A DNA stretch of 64,000 nt, from the sequence record MK250029.1; one strand, 5' to 3'. Both the position numbers and the translations under genes were made by a program. Below, piece after piece: positions 54,810 through 63,805 of this stretch. Under the pieces are notes generated by a model. That model searched no databases and was not told the DNA's origin. It was given only the letters and a program-made list of their open reading frames with translations. Numbering within the stretch: the stretch's first letter is position 1; every line of letters begins with the position of its first letter.

Positions 54810-56879
54810 ATGAAGAATTTTATTTTGTGCTTGCTCATTTCATTGGTGAGCGTTTTTAATTCTTATGCAGACACTGTAAATGATACATTGACTGCATTGA
54901 AGTTGAAGGAAGTTACTGTAACTTCTTTGTATCGAAATAATGTACAGACTGGTAGTATGATTAATACATCTACTATTAAGATGATGAATCATGGTCAGGG
55001 TACAGATTATGTACTTTCTACATTGCCTAATATTTATGCATATAATGACAATGGTACGCAAATGGGTTATTGTTATTTCCGTATGCGTGGTATGGGTCAG
55101 GAACGTATGAATGTTACATTGGATGGAATGCCATGGAATGAAGCTGAAGATTTCGGATGTTATTTCAGTAATTCTCCTGATCTTATGTCTAGTTTGCATT
55201 CTATTAAGGTAGAAAAGGGTGCATCAGTAACTAATAACGGTACAGCTGCATATGCAGGTAATGTTTCTTTGGAATCTGTTGATTTGAAGAAAGATACAGA
55301 TTCATGGTTTGATATTGGTTATGGTTCATTTAATTCATCACGTGTAAGTGGTGTTTATAATATGGGTTTGAAGAACCATTGGGGATTGCATGTTCGTGCA
55401 ACATCACAGCAAACTGATGGTTATAAGGAAAATACATATAATAATTCAAAGTCAATTACACTTAAGACTGGTTATTTCTTTAATGATAAGCATTCGCTTG
55501 ATTTCTTGACAATGACAGGTTATCATCGTAATGGTCAAGGTTTTATGGGTCTTACAGAAGATATGATTCCTAAGCATCCTACGCCATTTAAGCAAATGAA
55601 GTCTGGTAATCGTCAGCAGGAAACAGATGATTTCTTGACAACTTATAATAGATTTCAATACAAGGGAATTCTATCAGATAAGGTATTCTTGTCATCATCA
55701 TTGTATTGGCAACATCAGACTGGTAATTATCGTATTGGATGGGATGATCCTTCACGACCTACTGGAAGTGTATTGAATAATTATCATCTTAATTATAATC
55801 TTACAGGATTTAACACAGTAATTAAGTATTATCCAGCTAATAATCTTTCACTTACAACTGGAGTAAATGCATATGTTTATCATAGACGTCATAAGGGATA
55901 TGATATTGCAAACTCTGATAGTATTATTACAGCATGGAAGAATCCAGGACTTACTCCTTATTATGATAATGCAGGAACAAAACCAGATGTAAATGTATTT
56001 GCAAATGTAAAGTATCAACCAATTAATAAGTTTACTATTGATGCTGCACTTCAATATCGTTATACATCACTTCATTATCGTGTAAATACACCAGCTATTG
56101 GTATTAATGGTGATTCTGATTTTAATCATGACTGGAATTTTATGAATTACAGTTTTGGACTTACATATGATATTGATAAGTATTCAAAGGTATATGCACG
56201 TTATGCAGTCACAAACCGTGAGCCTTCCAGAACTGATATGTTCGGAGGTGAATATCGTACAGATGAATCTGAAATGAATACAAAGTCAGAGCGCGTACAT
56301 GATGTTGAACTTGGTTATGAAATTCGTAATAATAAGATTAATTTCAATATTAACGGTTTTTATATGAATTTCAGTAATGAACTTGTTGCAACAGGTGAAC
56401 TTTCATCAATGAATGGTCTTCCTCTCCATAAGCAGCATGATTCATATCGACTTGGTTTGGAACTTGCGATGGATTATAATCCTGTTAATACATTGCATCT
56501 TATTGCAAATGCTTCATGGTCAGAGAATAAGTTGAAGAACATTAATGGAAAGGAAATGAATCATACATTCTCACCATCATCTACATTGTTTGCTGAAGCA
56601 AATTATACAGTTAATAAGATTAAGTTCGGTGTAAATACGAATTTCCGTTCATCTATGTATATGGATATTTATAATAATCATCAGCTTAAGGAAAACCTTA
56701 CACTTAATGCATATGTTAATGCACGAGTATCGAAGATTGTAGAACTTAGTTTGAATCTTAATAATATTACGAATCGTTTGAATTTCTCTAATGGATCAGT
56801 TGATATTCCATCAGATACAGCATATTATTTGGTTGATTCACCATTTAATATGTTTGCAACAGCTAAGTTTCACTTTTAA
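54810..56879 (+). CDS. TonB-dependent outer-membrane receptor (thiamine/vitamin-type TBDT-like)
   Basis: Signal peptide, LKEVTVTS TonB-box-like segment, plug RMRG...RMNVTLDGMPWNEAE..NSPD.MSS..SIKVEKG...NG.AAYAGNV, beta-barrel alternation, C-terminal F. Confidence 0.92.
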   Translation: MKNFILCLLISLVSVFNSYADTVNDTLTALKLKEVTVTSLYRNNVQTGSMINTSTIKMMNHGQGTDYVLSTLPNIYAYNDNGTQMGYCYFRMRGMGQERMNVTLDGMPWNEAEDFGCYFSNSPDLMSSLHSIKVEKGASVTNNGTAAYAGNVSLESVDLKKDTDSWFDIGYGSFNSSRVSGVYNMGLKNHWGLHVRATSQQTDGYKENTYNNSKSITLKTGYFFNDKHSLDFLTMTGYHRNGQGFMGLTEDMIPKHPTPFKQMKSGNRQQETDDFLTTYNRFQYKGILSDKVFLSSSLYWQHQTGNYRIGWDDPSRPTGSVLNNYHLNYNLTGFNTVIKYYPANNLSLTTGVNAYVYHRRHKGYDIANSDSIITAWKNPGLTPYYDNAGTKPDVNVFANVKYQPINKFTIDAALQYRYTSLHYRVNTPAIGINGDSDFNHDWNFMNYSFGLTYDIDKYSKVYARYAVTNREPSRTDMFGGEYRTDESEMNTKSERVHDVELGYEIRNNKINFNINGFYMNFSNELVATGELSSMNGLPLHKQHDSYRLGLELAMDYNPVNTLHLIANASWSENKLKNINGKEMNHTFSPSSTLFAEANYTVNKIKFGVNTNFRSSMYMDIYNNHQLKENLTLNAYVNARVSKIVELSLNLNNITNRLNFSNGSVDIPSDTAYYLVDSPFNMFATAKFHF

Positions 56880-56986
56880 ATAAAAATGGGTGATTAAATA
56901 TTCCTGATATTTAATCACCCATTAATTATTTCATATTTATCAATAATTATAAATTAATTATAAATAAGATAATGAAAATATAAAGA

Positions 56987-58282
56987 ATGATTTATTTAGA
57001 AAAAATGAGTAAATGGAAATTAAATGAAAATAGTATAAACGAATTTTTATGGACATGTGCAGGTGTTAATAAGAATATATTAAGATTATATCCGAGTGAA
57101 TATGCAAAATATGCAGGTAGTGGAGGAACTATTTTATTTACTGCTATGATGGCATTTATATCAGGTAGTTATGCAATGTTTTTTGTATTCAGTAATGCTA
57201 TATTATCACTGATCTTTGGTATATTCTGGGCATTACTTATATTTAACCTTGACAGATTTATTGTTAATTCAATGCATACTGACGGTAAAGACACATTAAG
57301 TTGGAAAAAGATTCAAACTGCAATGCCACGTATAATTATGGCTATATTTTTAGGTATTGTTATTTCAACACCACTTGAAATGAAGATATTTAATGATAGA
57401 ATAGAATCATAGTTACTAAAAGATAATATAGAACGAATAAATTCAGCAAAGAATGAATCATCAGATTATAAGACAATATCATTATTACAAGCAGAATAGA
57501 ACCAATTGACAAAAGATCGAAAACAACTGGTAGATGATTTACAGAAAGCATAGAAAGAACTGAAAGAAGAGGCAGAAGGAAATGCATTATCCGGTATTGC
57601 TGGGCATGGGACTATATATAGAGATAAAGAAACATATGTTAATCAATGTAAACAATCATTATAGGAATGGGATCTTCTTCATAAAGAACGGTTGACAACT
57701 GTATAGAAACGTATTGATGAAGTTAATAAGCATATTGAAAAATTTGAAGGTAAAATAGATGGTTTAAGAGAAGATGGTTTCAGTGCAAGGTATGAAGCTT
57801 TTTCAAATCTTAAAGAAGCAAATAATTCATTAGCGATGGTATCATTCATGATAACAATGTTATTCATTATTATAGAAGTTACACCTACATTTTTTAAACT
57901 TATTATGACATCAGGACCATATGAAGANCATTTATAGATAGAAAATTATAAAATAACAGCATATGTTACTAAAGAGAAAAATGGTCTTGATACAGAATTA
58001 AAAATAGATGATTATAATAATAAAGAAAAATTAAAAGCTGTTATTAAACAAGATGAACCTATTATTGATGTAACAGATGTATCAGTAAAACCTATTGTAT
58101 ATTCAGCTATATAGTCATTAACATTAGAATCAGAACAAGAACCTGAAGAAGTTCCATATATAAAGTCTAATACATCTATTATAACAACACCTNTTGCAAC
58201 AAAGAAATTAGAATTTAAGAAAAATGAGAAAGGACAAATTATGTTAGATTTCTCATCAAGACCTAAAAAATTAAATAAATGA
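56987..58282 (+). CDS. DUF4407-domain membrane protein (431 aa, TAG-containing)
   Basis: KYAGSGGTILFTA, IFNLDRFIV, ISTPLEMKIF, EAEG..SG..GHG..Y, IIEVTPTFFKL after readthrough; ends TGA. Confidence 0.8.
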
Positions 58283-58347
58283 AATAAAAATAATATCCAT
58301 TAAGAAAAAAAACTTAGTGGATATTTTTTTATATAAAGAATTATATG

Positions 58348-58355
58348 TATCTTTG
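58348..58355 (+). promoter_or_regulatory. Bacteroidetes-type -7 promoter element
   Basis: ttttttatataaagaattatatgTATCTTTGt. Confidence 0.7.
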
Positions 58356-58391
58356 TATTGTAATTAAATAACAATTTAAATAATAAAGAAT

Positions 58392-59399
58392 ATGAGTGAA
58401 TTAATGTTTAAGAGTAAGAATGTAACACCACAGTTGAATACTTATGTTATTAAGGTAACAGGTAAGTATAATGATCATCTACCATGGGAAACAAATATTA
58501 TTAATGTAGAGGCAGATCGCATGAATAATTTTGTGTTGTTATTTCTTGCATATGTTGGTAACAGAAATTGGCAGCATAAATGGAAGAATTCTACATTCGG
58601 CGAGAATTTTAAGAAGGGACCACTGCAGACATATCTAGGTGCTTTTACCGAAGATACACATTATCCATGTATGGACCTTATGTGGAATGATGTTGTTTCA
58701 GTAAACATTAATTATGTTAATAATAATGGAACATACATTTTGTGTGAACTTCCTGATGTAGAAGAGTTGTATGATACTGAGGAGGATTTCCTCAAGGAAC
58801 TTAAGTCACAGTTTGATGAATTTAATAAGAATGATCCTCGTGATGTTTATGAGGATGAAGGAATTGAGATTGTTGATTCATATGAGCTTGAGCTTGTAAG
58901 AAATGTTCTTCGTTCTACTGGTAAGTGGGATAATGATGAAATTGATAATCTGTTTTGGGTTGATCGAGAGATTGGTTTTAGTTCATTGGTTGCACGTACT
59001 TCTACAGATGAAAATATTCTTAAAGTATGTAAGCAGGAACATGCTAAGAGTGCAACAGGTGTTGAGTATAATGGATTTAAACCAGAAACACTCGAAAAGA
59101 TTAAGACCGCTATTATTGGAACAAATCTTCCAGAGGAAACTAAGACATTTGTAATTGATATTTGTTCTAAGTATAATTCAAAGAATATGTTGAGTGAATC
59201 TGAGAAGGAAGATCTTAAGAATATCATGGAAACATATAATTTGGTAAATTATTCATATGGATGGATTGGTCCAGATGGTTGGAGCGGTATTTACCTTGAG
59301 CATGTGGTAGATCCAGAGATGATTGATTTCGATGATTATTCAGAGAATTCAGTTATTAAGTATGAGGGTGAAACATATATTATTCATGAAGGAGATTAA
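58392..59399 (+). CDS. Hypothetical acidic protein
   Basis: 335-aa TAG-free ORF. Confidence 0.75.
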   Translation: MSELMFKSKNVTPQLNTYVIKVTGKYNDHLPWETNIINVEADRMNNFVLLFLAYVGNRNWQHKWKNSTFGENFKKGPLQTYLGAFTEDTHYPCMDLMWNDVVSVNINYVNNNGTYILCELPDVEELYDTEEDFLKELKSQFDEFNKNDPRDVYEDEGIEIVDSYELELVRNVLRSTGKWDNDEIDNLFWVDREIGFSSLVARTSTDENILKVCKQEHAKSATGVEYNGFKPETLEKIKTAIIGTNLPEETKTFVIDICSKYNSKNMLSESEKEDLKNIMETYNLVNYSYGWIGPDGWSGIYLEHVVDPEMIDFDDYSENSVIKYEGETYIIHEGD

Positions 59400-59402
59400 T
59401 TT

Positions 59403-59825
59403 ATGTTAATTATTCTATCAATAGTATTAATTATTGTAGGATTATTTCTTGGAATTTTAATAGGTACTTTAGGATCATTTGGTGATTCTGAAATACCTAT
59501 TAAAGAAGATAAAATAATCAAGAGATGTTTGTTATTTAATATAGCATCTCGGTGTGATAAAATTATACTTGTATGTTGTACACCATTCGGATGGTTAGGA
59601 ATTCTTTTATTATTTGTATGTTGTTTTGTATTTCAACATATTATAGGAATTATGTTTATTAGTCCTTTACCTATGATGGAATTTCTTAATACATTTGAAG
59701 ACAAAATATATAGTCTTGCACTATTATATTTAGTACCTATGTTTGGTGGTTATTTTATAGGTTATAATTATATGAATAATTTTATTAAACGAATAGAAAA
59801 AGAAGAACATGAAGAAAGGAACTAA
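59403..59825 (+). CDS. Membrane protein, hypothetical
   Basis: Three hydrophobic segments. Confidence 0.65.
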   Translation: MLIILSIVLIIVGLFLGILIGTLGSFGDSEIPIKEDKIIKRCLLFNIASRCDKIILVCCTPFGWLGILLLFVCCFVFQHIIGIMFISPLPMMEFLNTFEDKIYSLALLYLVPMFGGYFIGYNYMNNFIKRIEKEEHEERN

Positions 59826-60303
59826 ATTTTATGTTATATTAGGTTATAATACAGAAACAGAAACCTGGTATGGATATGTAGAACATTCTTTTTCTATGGG
59901 TGCAGATAAAAATAGGATTAGAACATTTTCTACATGTAGAGCAGATTATCCTTGGAAAGATAGATCATTTCCAGAGAGAAAAAGAATAGCGAAAGCATAT
60001 TTGAAGAAACATGGTTATAGATGTAATTATGCTCGTGATTATATTATAGACGCAAAGATGAATCCTAATTCACCAAATCAATGGATTTATTTTTATTTGC
60101 GAGATATTGCAGACAATCTTAATAAAAAACATTATAATAATTGTCATTGGAAAGTATATAGAGTAAATTCTAAGTTTTGTCCTATTAATGTAAATATGAA
60201 TGAATATTACAAAACATTAGTAAATAAGAAATTTAGGAAGTCTCTTGACAAATTTCAATTAAGAAATCAAGAATTTTCTGTAAAGGAAGTTTCAAAAGAT
60301 TAA
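59809..60303 (+). CDS. Hypothetical protein
   Basis: 164-aa basic ORF. Confidence 0.65.
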   Translation: MKKGTKFYVILGYNTETETWYGYVEHSFSMGADKNRIRTFSTCRADYPWKDRSFPERKRIAKAYLKKHGYRCNYARDYIIDAKMNPNSPNQWIYFYLRDIADNLNKKHYNNCHWKVYRVNSKFCPINVNMNEYYKTLVNKKFRKSLDKFQLRNQEFSVKEVSKD

Positions 60304-60310
60304 AAATATA

Positions 60311-60565
60311 TCGGTATGGCTCTAAAGGAGAGAGCATCATTTATGACTAATGATGACGAAGATTTGTTCGTAAGTTAATCTTTACTAAGAGAATATACAA
60401 TATTTAGTTATATAGAAGTAATTTAATTGTTATAATGCGAAGACAATTTTATATGAAACTATATATGTCATTTATGAGATTATAGTGAAGAATAGCATTT
60501 ACAGTAACTATAATAAGATGATATAAACAATATAACTTCTGTGGTTCGATTCCACACGTACTGAC
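60311..60565 (+). ncRNA. tRNA-like RNA with ~185-nt variable region (nominal anticodon TGA)
   Basis: Acceptor TCGGTATG/CGTACTGA, D arm GCTC-TAAAGGAGA-GAGC, stem TCATT-TATGACT-AATGA, T arm TGTGG-TTCGATT-CCACA. Confidence 0.65.
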
Positions 60566-60583
60566 TAATAAACATATAACATT

Positions 60584-60802
60584 ATGAAAGAAGAAATTAA
60601 ATTCTTAGGTAAAACACCGAGAGAAATTGCAGAACGTTACTTCAATAAATCATATGAAGGTAAAGAACGATATGATATTTTAGTTGAAGGCTTTATTGAG
60701 GGATTTAATTATCTATTTCCTCATTATGATATAGCTAATACTTTGGTTGAAACATTTGAACGAATTAAAGAATTAGAGAATAAAGAGAAAAAAGATTCAT
60801 AA
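60584..60802 (+). CDS. Hypothetical protein
   Basis: 72-aa ORF between ncRNAs. Confidence 0.6.
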   Translation: MKEEIKFLGKTPREIAERYFNKSYEGKERYDILVEGFIEGFNYLFPHYDIANTLVETFERIKELENKEKKDS

Positions 60803-60829
60803 TTATTTTTTTAATTGAAATAAAATATG

Positions 60830-60837
60830 TATCTTTG
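60830..60837 (+). promoter_or_regulatory. Bacteroidetes-type -7 promoter upstream of a noncoding cluster
   Basis: ttttttaattgaaataaaatatgTATCTTTGt; no long ORF follows for over 1 kb. Confidence 0.7.
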
Positions 60838-60849
60838 TATTGTAAATAA

Positions 60850-61165
60850 TGAACACCTATAAGTGTTAAGTAACATAGGTATGGAAACCCTACGGTTCGT
60901 AAGTAGTAATATCGAATAGTCCGCATAATAGGAACATGTCATTATTTTAACATTTATATAAGAATATACTACATGTCTTATATGAGCGTCAGGAGTATTG
61001 TAACAGAGTCGACGTGTTTACATTTTTAGAGGCGCAGCTTTTAAATCTGACTATTCTACGTAAAGTAGTGTTCTATGTAAAGTAGTGAAGTGCAAGATAC
61101 GGCGTCAGTACAAGTCTATATAATAAGTTGCAAATAAAAATAGAAACTGTTAAAATTCGTATCTA
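60850..61165 (+). ncRNA. Putative structured ncRNA, family unknown
   Basis: GC-elevated, no long ORF, several hairpins, tandem 17-mer ttcta(c/t)gtaaagtagtg (61054-61087). Confidence 0.4.
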
Positions 61166-61169
61166 ATTT

Positions 61170-61340
61170 GTCTGTATTTCACAATGGTTAATGAGGTACA
61201 TGAAAAGTGATTTGGAAGAATCATTATAGATATATATGATTAAGATAACGTTCAACTAAGCTATAGAATAATAGTAAGTACAGCGCTGAAAATATATGTT
61301 TATATGTATTGCGGTTGTGGTTCGATTCCACATACAGACA
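61170..61340 (+). ncRNA. tRNA-like RNA with expanded anticodon and variable arms
   Basis: Perfect acceptor GTCTGTA/TACAGAC + A73, D loop with GG (CAATGGTTAA), T arm TGTGG-TTCGATT-CCACA; 171 nt. Confidence 0.65.
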
Positions 61341-61562
61341 CGACTTATTAATGATGAAAAGTCTGCACTTAACAAAATATAAAAAACATTTTAATGTACT
61401 GTTGATTATATGTTTTAATTTTGTTAACTAAGAGATTCTTGTAAATTATAAAAATTTACAAATCGAGGGGAACGCATAACGGCAATTATGTTAGTACTTG
61501 GCGTTTAATGAAATGAATATGTATATTTGCCGATGTGCATATGAGTGACATTAAATGATAAA

Positions 61563-61655
61563 ATTATAATAGTGTAGCGGTTCGCACGCCCGTTGGTAAA
61601 ACGGGAAGGGTTTATGTTTGAAAGCATATTAGGGGTTCGACTCCCGCTTATAAAC
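61563..61655 (+). tRNA. Degenerate class II tRNA, nominal Tyr(GTA)
   Basis: D stem GTGT/GCAC, anticodon stem CCCGT-TGGTAAA-ACGGG, variable hairpin, GGG-TTCGACT-CCC; G33, weak T stem, 6-bp all-AT acceptor. Confidence 0.45.
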
Positions 61656-61942
61656 AATTAAATTACATAATGTTCTCACGAAGAGCGAGCATCGGAAGGT
61701 GAGCAATTTAGAAAGATATTTAAGAGTGATCATATTAAATTGATTTCTAACAGAAATACGGTGACGTAGGAGCTGAAAAAGAACAAACGTATGGTAATGT
61801 TAACATTATGTATTTTTAAAAAATTTTATTTTTTTCCACACAGACTTTGATACATTTTTTGTATCATATATTATATTTAATTTTGAAGTTAAATCAGATG
61901 CTTGTGATAAGTATCTGATTTTTTTAATTCATAAAAAATATG

Positions 61943-61950
61943 TATCTTTG
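61943..61950 (+). promoter_or_regulatory. Bacteroidetes-type -7 promoter upstream of nadR-pnuC
   Basis: tttttaattcataaaaaatatgTATCTTTGt. Confidence 0.7.
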
Positions 61951-61980
61951 TAATATATTAAATAATAATTAAATAATTAA

Positions 61981-63141
61981 ATGATTAAGAATATAGGAAT
62001 TTGTTTTGGTGGTTATTGTCCTATGCATCAGGGACATCTTGACCTTATAATGAAAGCAAAGAAAGAAAATGATATTTGTTATGTGGTTGTTTGTGGTTAT
62101 ACAGATGAACCACGTGGTAATGAATTAGGTCTTAATATTAATAATAGAAAAAGACTTATTAAAGAGTTTTTTAAAAATGATGAACTTATTCGAGTTCTTA
62201 CTGTAAATGATACAGAATTAGGTATTGATGAAAGTATGTCTGAACATAATTGGAAAGTATGGACAGATTATGTAAAATATCAAATTACAGATGATCTTTG
62301 GGGTGGTGGTCCGACATATCCATTTAGTCCAGATGAAAGGATTGAAGCGCATGAATTGAAACTTACATTCTATGTTGGTGAAAAGTTCTATGTTGAATCA
62401 TTGAATAAATTAAATATTAATGCAGTGTTAGTTGGTTACGATGAGAATTCACCATCTAATAGAAGTAATGATATATCAGCAACATATATTAGGCAAAATC
62501 CTCAATATTATTGGGATAAGATTGTATCAACATTTAAACCTGCATTAACAAAGAAAATTCTTGTATTAGGTACAGCATCAGAAGGAAAATCAACACTTGT
62601 TAAAGATATTGGTAATTATTTTAATATACCATATACAACAGAATTCGGTAGAGATTATATGGAGAAACATTGTATGTTAGATCCTGATATTACTGTAAAT
62701 GATTTTGTTGAATTCCTTATTGGACAGAGACAATACTATTTTGATGCTTTGAATGATAAAGGAAATAAGGGTGTTATCATTTCAGATACTGATAATCTCG
62801 TTACACTTATGTATGCAAAAGCATATGTATCTGATAATAATATGCAAATTACTGAAGATGAATATAACAATATATTGAAACCACTTGCAAAATCATTACA
62901 AACAGGTGTTTCATGGGATGTAATTTATCTTATCAAACCGCATAATAAATTTGTTGATGATGGAACACGTTACATGAATCAATCTTCAATAGATGAGAGA
63001 ATGAAGAATTATAAAATTCTTTTATCATTACTTGAAGAGTTCGGTTTACTTGATAAGGTAATTGAATTGAATGGTTCTTATATGGATCATTTTAATTATG
63101 TTAAGGATTATATCACAAAATTATATGATAAAGAAAATTAA
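61981..63141 (+). CDS. nadR: NadR-type NMN adenylyltransferase / nicotinamide riboside kinase
   Basis: FGGYCPMHQGH (HxGH), SATYIR, then P-loop LGTASEGKST, EFGRDY, SDTD, FVDDGTR. Confidence 0.92.
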   Translation: MIKNIGICFGGYCPMHQGHLDLIMKAKKENDICYVVVCGYTDEPRGNELGLNINNRKRLIKEFFKNDELIRVLTVNDTELGIDESMSEHNWKVWTDYVKYQITDDLWGGGPTYPFSPDERIEAHELKLTFYVGEKFYVESLNKLNINAVLVGYDENSPSNRSNDISATYIRQNPQYYWDKIVSTFKPALTKKILVLGTASEGKSTLVKDIGNYFNIPYTTEFGRDYMEKHCMLDPDITVNDFVEFLIGQRQYYFDALNDKGNKGVIISDTDNLVTLMYAKAYVSDNNMQITEDEYNNILKPLAKSLQTGVSWDVIYLIKPHNKFVDDGTRYMNQSSIDERMKNYKILLSLLEEFGLLDKVIELNGSYMDHFNYVKDYITKLYDKEN

Positions 63142-63790
63142 TAATATATTATATTCAGAGTTTATAGAAGGAAGAAATATTAATGAACATTTGTTTATGC
63201 TCATTGGTATTTTCCTTCAATTAATTGCATGGTATATAACTAAAGATTCATTGATTTCTTTAATATCTGGTGTAACTGGTATTATATCTGTTATATTATG
63301 TTCACAAAGAAAGATTTCATTTTATTTCTTCGGCTTTATACAATTAGGAACATATATGTATCTTGCATGGCAGCAAAGATTTTATGGTGAATTAATAGAG
63401 AATGTATTTTATATTATTACTATGTTAATAGGTATTGTAGTATGGTTAAAAAATTACAATACAGAAGAGCAAATAGTAGAATCTAAAAGACTTTCTGATA
63501 GGTTATTCTATATAATATGTAGTATAATGGTGTTTATCTGTGTATTATTTGGTTATTATATGAAATACTTTACAGATAATACACAACCATTTATGGATTC
63601 ATTTTCAACAGTACCTGCATTTATAGCGCAGACATTGTTAATGTTACGATATAGAGAACAATGGATATTCTGGATTATAATTGATGTTGTTTCTATATTC
63701 ATGTGGATGTTTGCTGATAATTGGATAATGGTTATTCAATTTATATTTTGGACAATGAATTGCATATATGGTTATAGAAAATGGAAATAA
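63125..63790 (+). CDS. pnuC: PnuC nicotinamide riboside/vitamin transporter
   Basis: Multi-TM; ISGVTGIISVIL, PFMDSFST..AQ.L...RYREQW.FWIIID; start taken at ATG 63125, overlapping the nadR stop. Confidence 0.92.
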   Translation: MIKKINNILYSEFIEGRNINEHLFMLIGIFLQLIAWYITKDSLISLISGVTGIISVILCSQRKISFYFFGFIQLGTYMYLAWQQRFYGELIENVFYIITMLIGIVVWLKNYNTEEQIVESKRLSDRLFYIICSIMVFICVLFGYYMKYFTDNTQPFMDSFSTVPAFIAQTLLMLRYREQWIFWIIIDVVSIFMWMFADNWIMVIQFIFWTMNCIYGYRKWK

Positions 63791-63805
63791 TAAAAATAAA
63801 ATAAT

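Noticed and set aside
54810-56879. TBDT as recent host contamination because of higher GC
   Set aside because: Similar codon usage occurs in clearly phage genes (SSB, baseplate hub), and the flanks are continuous phage-like sequence with the same terminator style.
40120-58282. TGA also recoded
   Set aside because: TGA closes genes at sensible ends (40120, 48268, 58282) and never interrupts a conserved domain I translated.
61121-61153. tmRNA resume context and tag (taataagtt GCA AAT AAA AAT AGA AAC TGT TAA, ANKNRNC) of a permuted tmRNA
   Set aside because: The peptide has no hydrophobic/Ala C-terminus and lies outside the neighbouring closed acceptor helix; the arrangement does not fit a two-piece tmRNA.
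61671-61785. NAD/NMN riboswitch controlling nadR-pnuC
   Set aside because: A terminator-like hairpin (about 61890-61922) and a separate promoter (61943) lie between the element and nadR, so it is unlikely to be in that 5' UTR.
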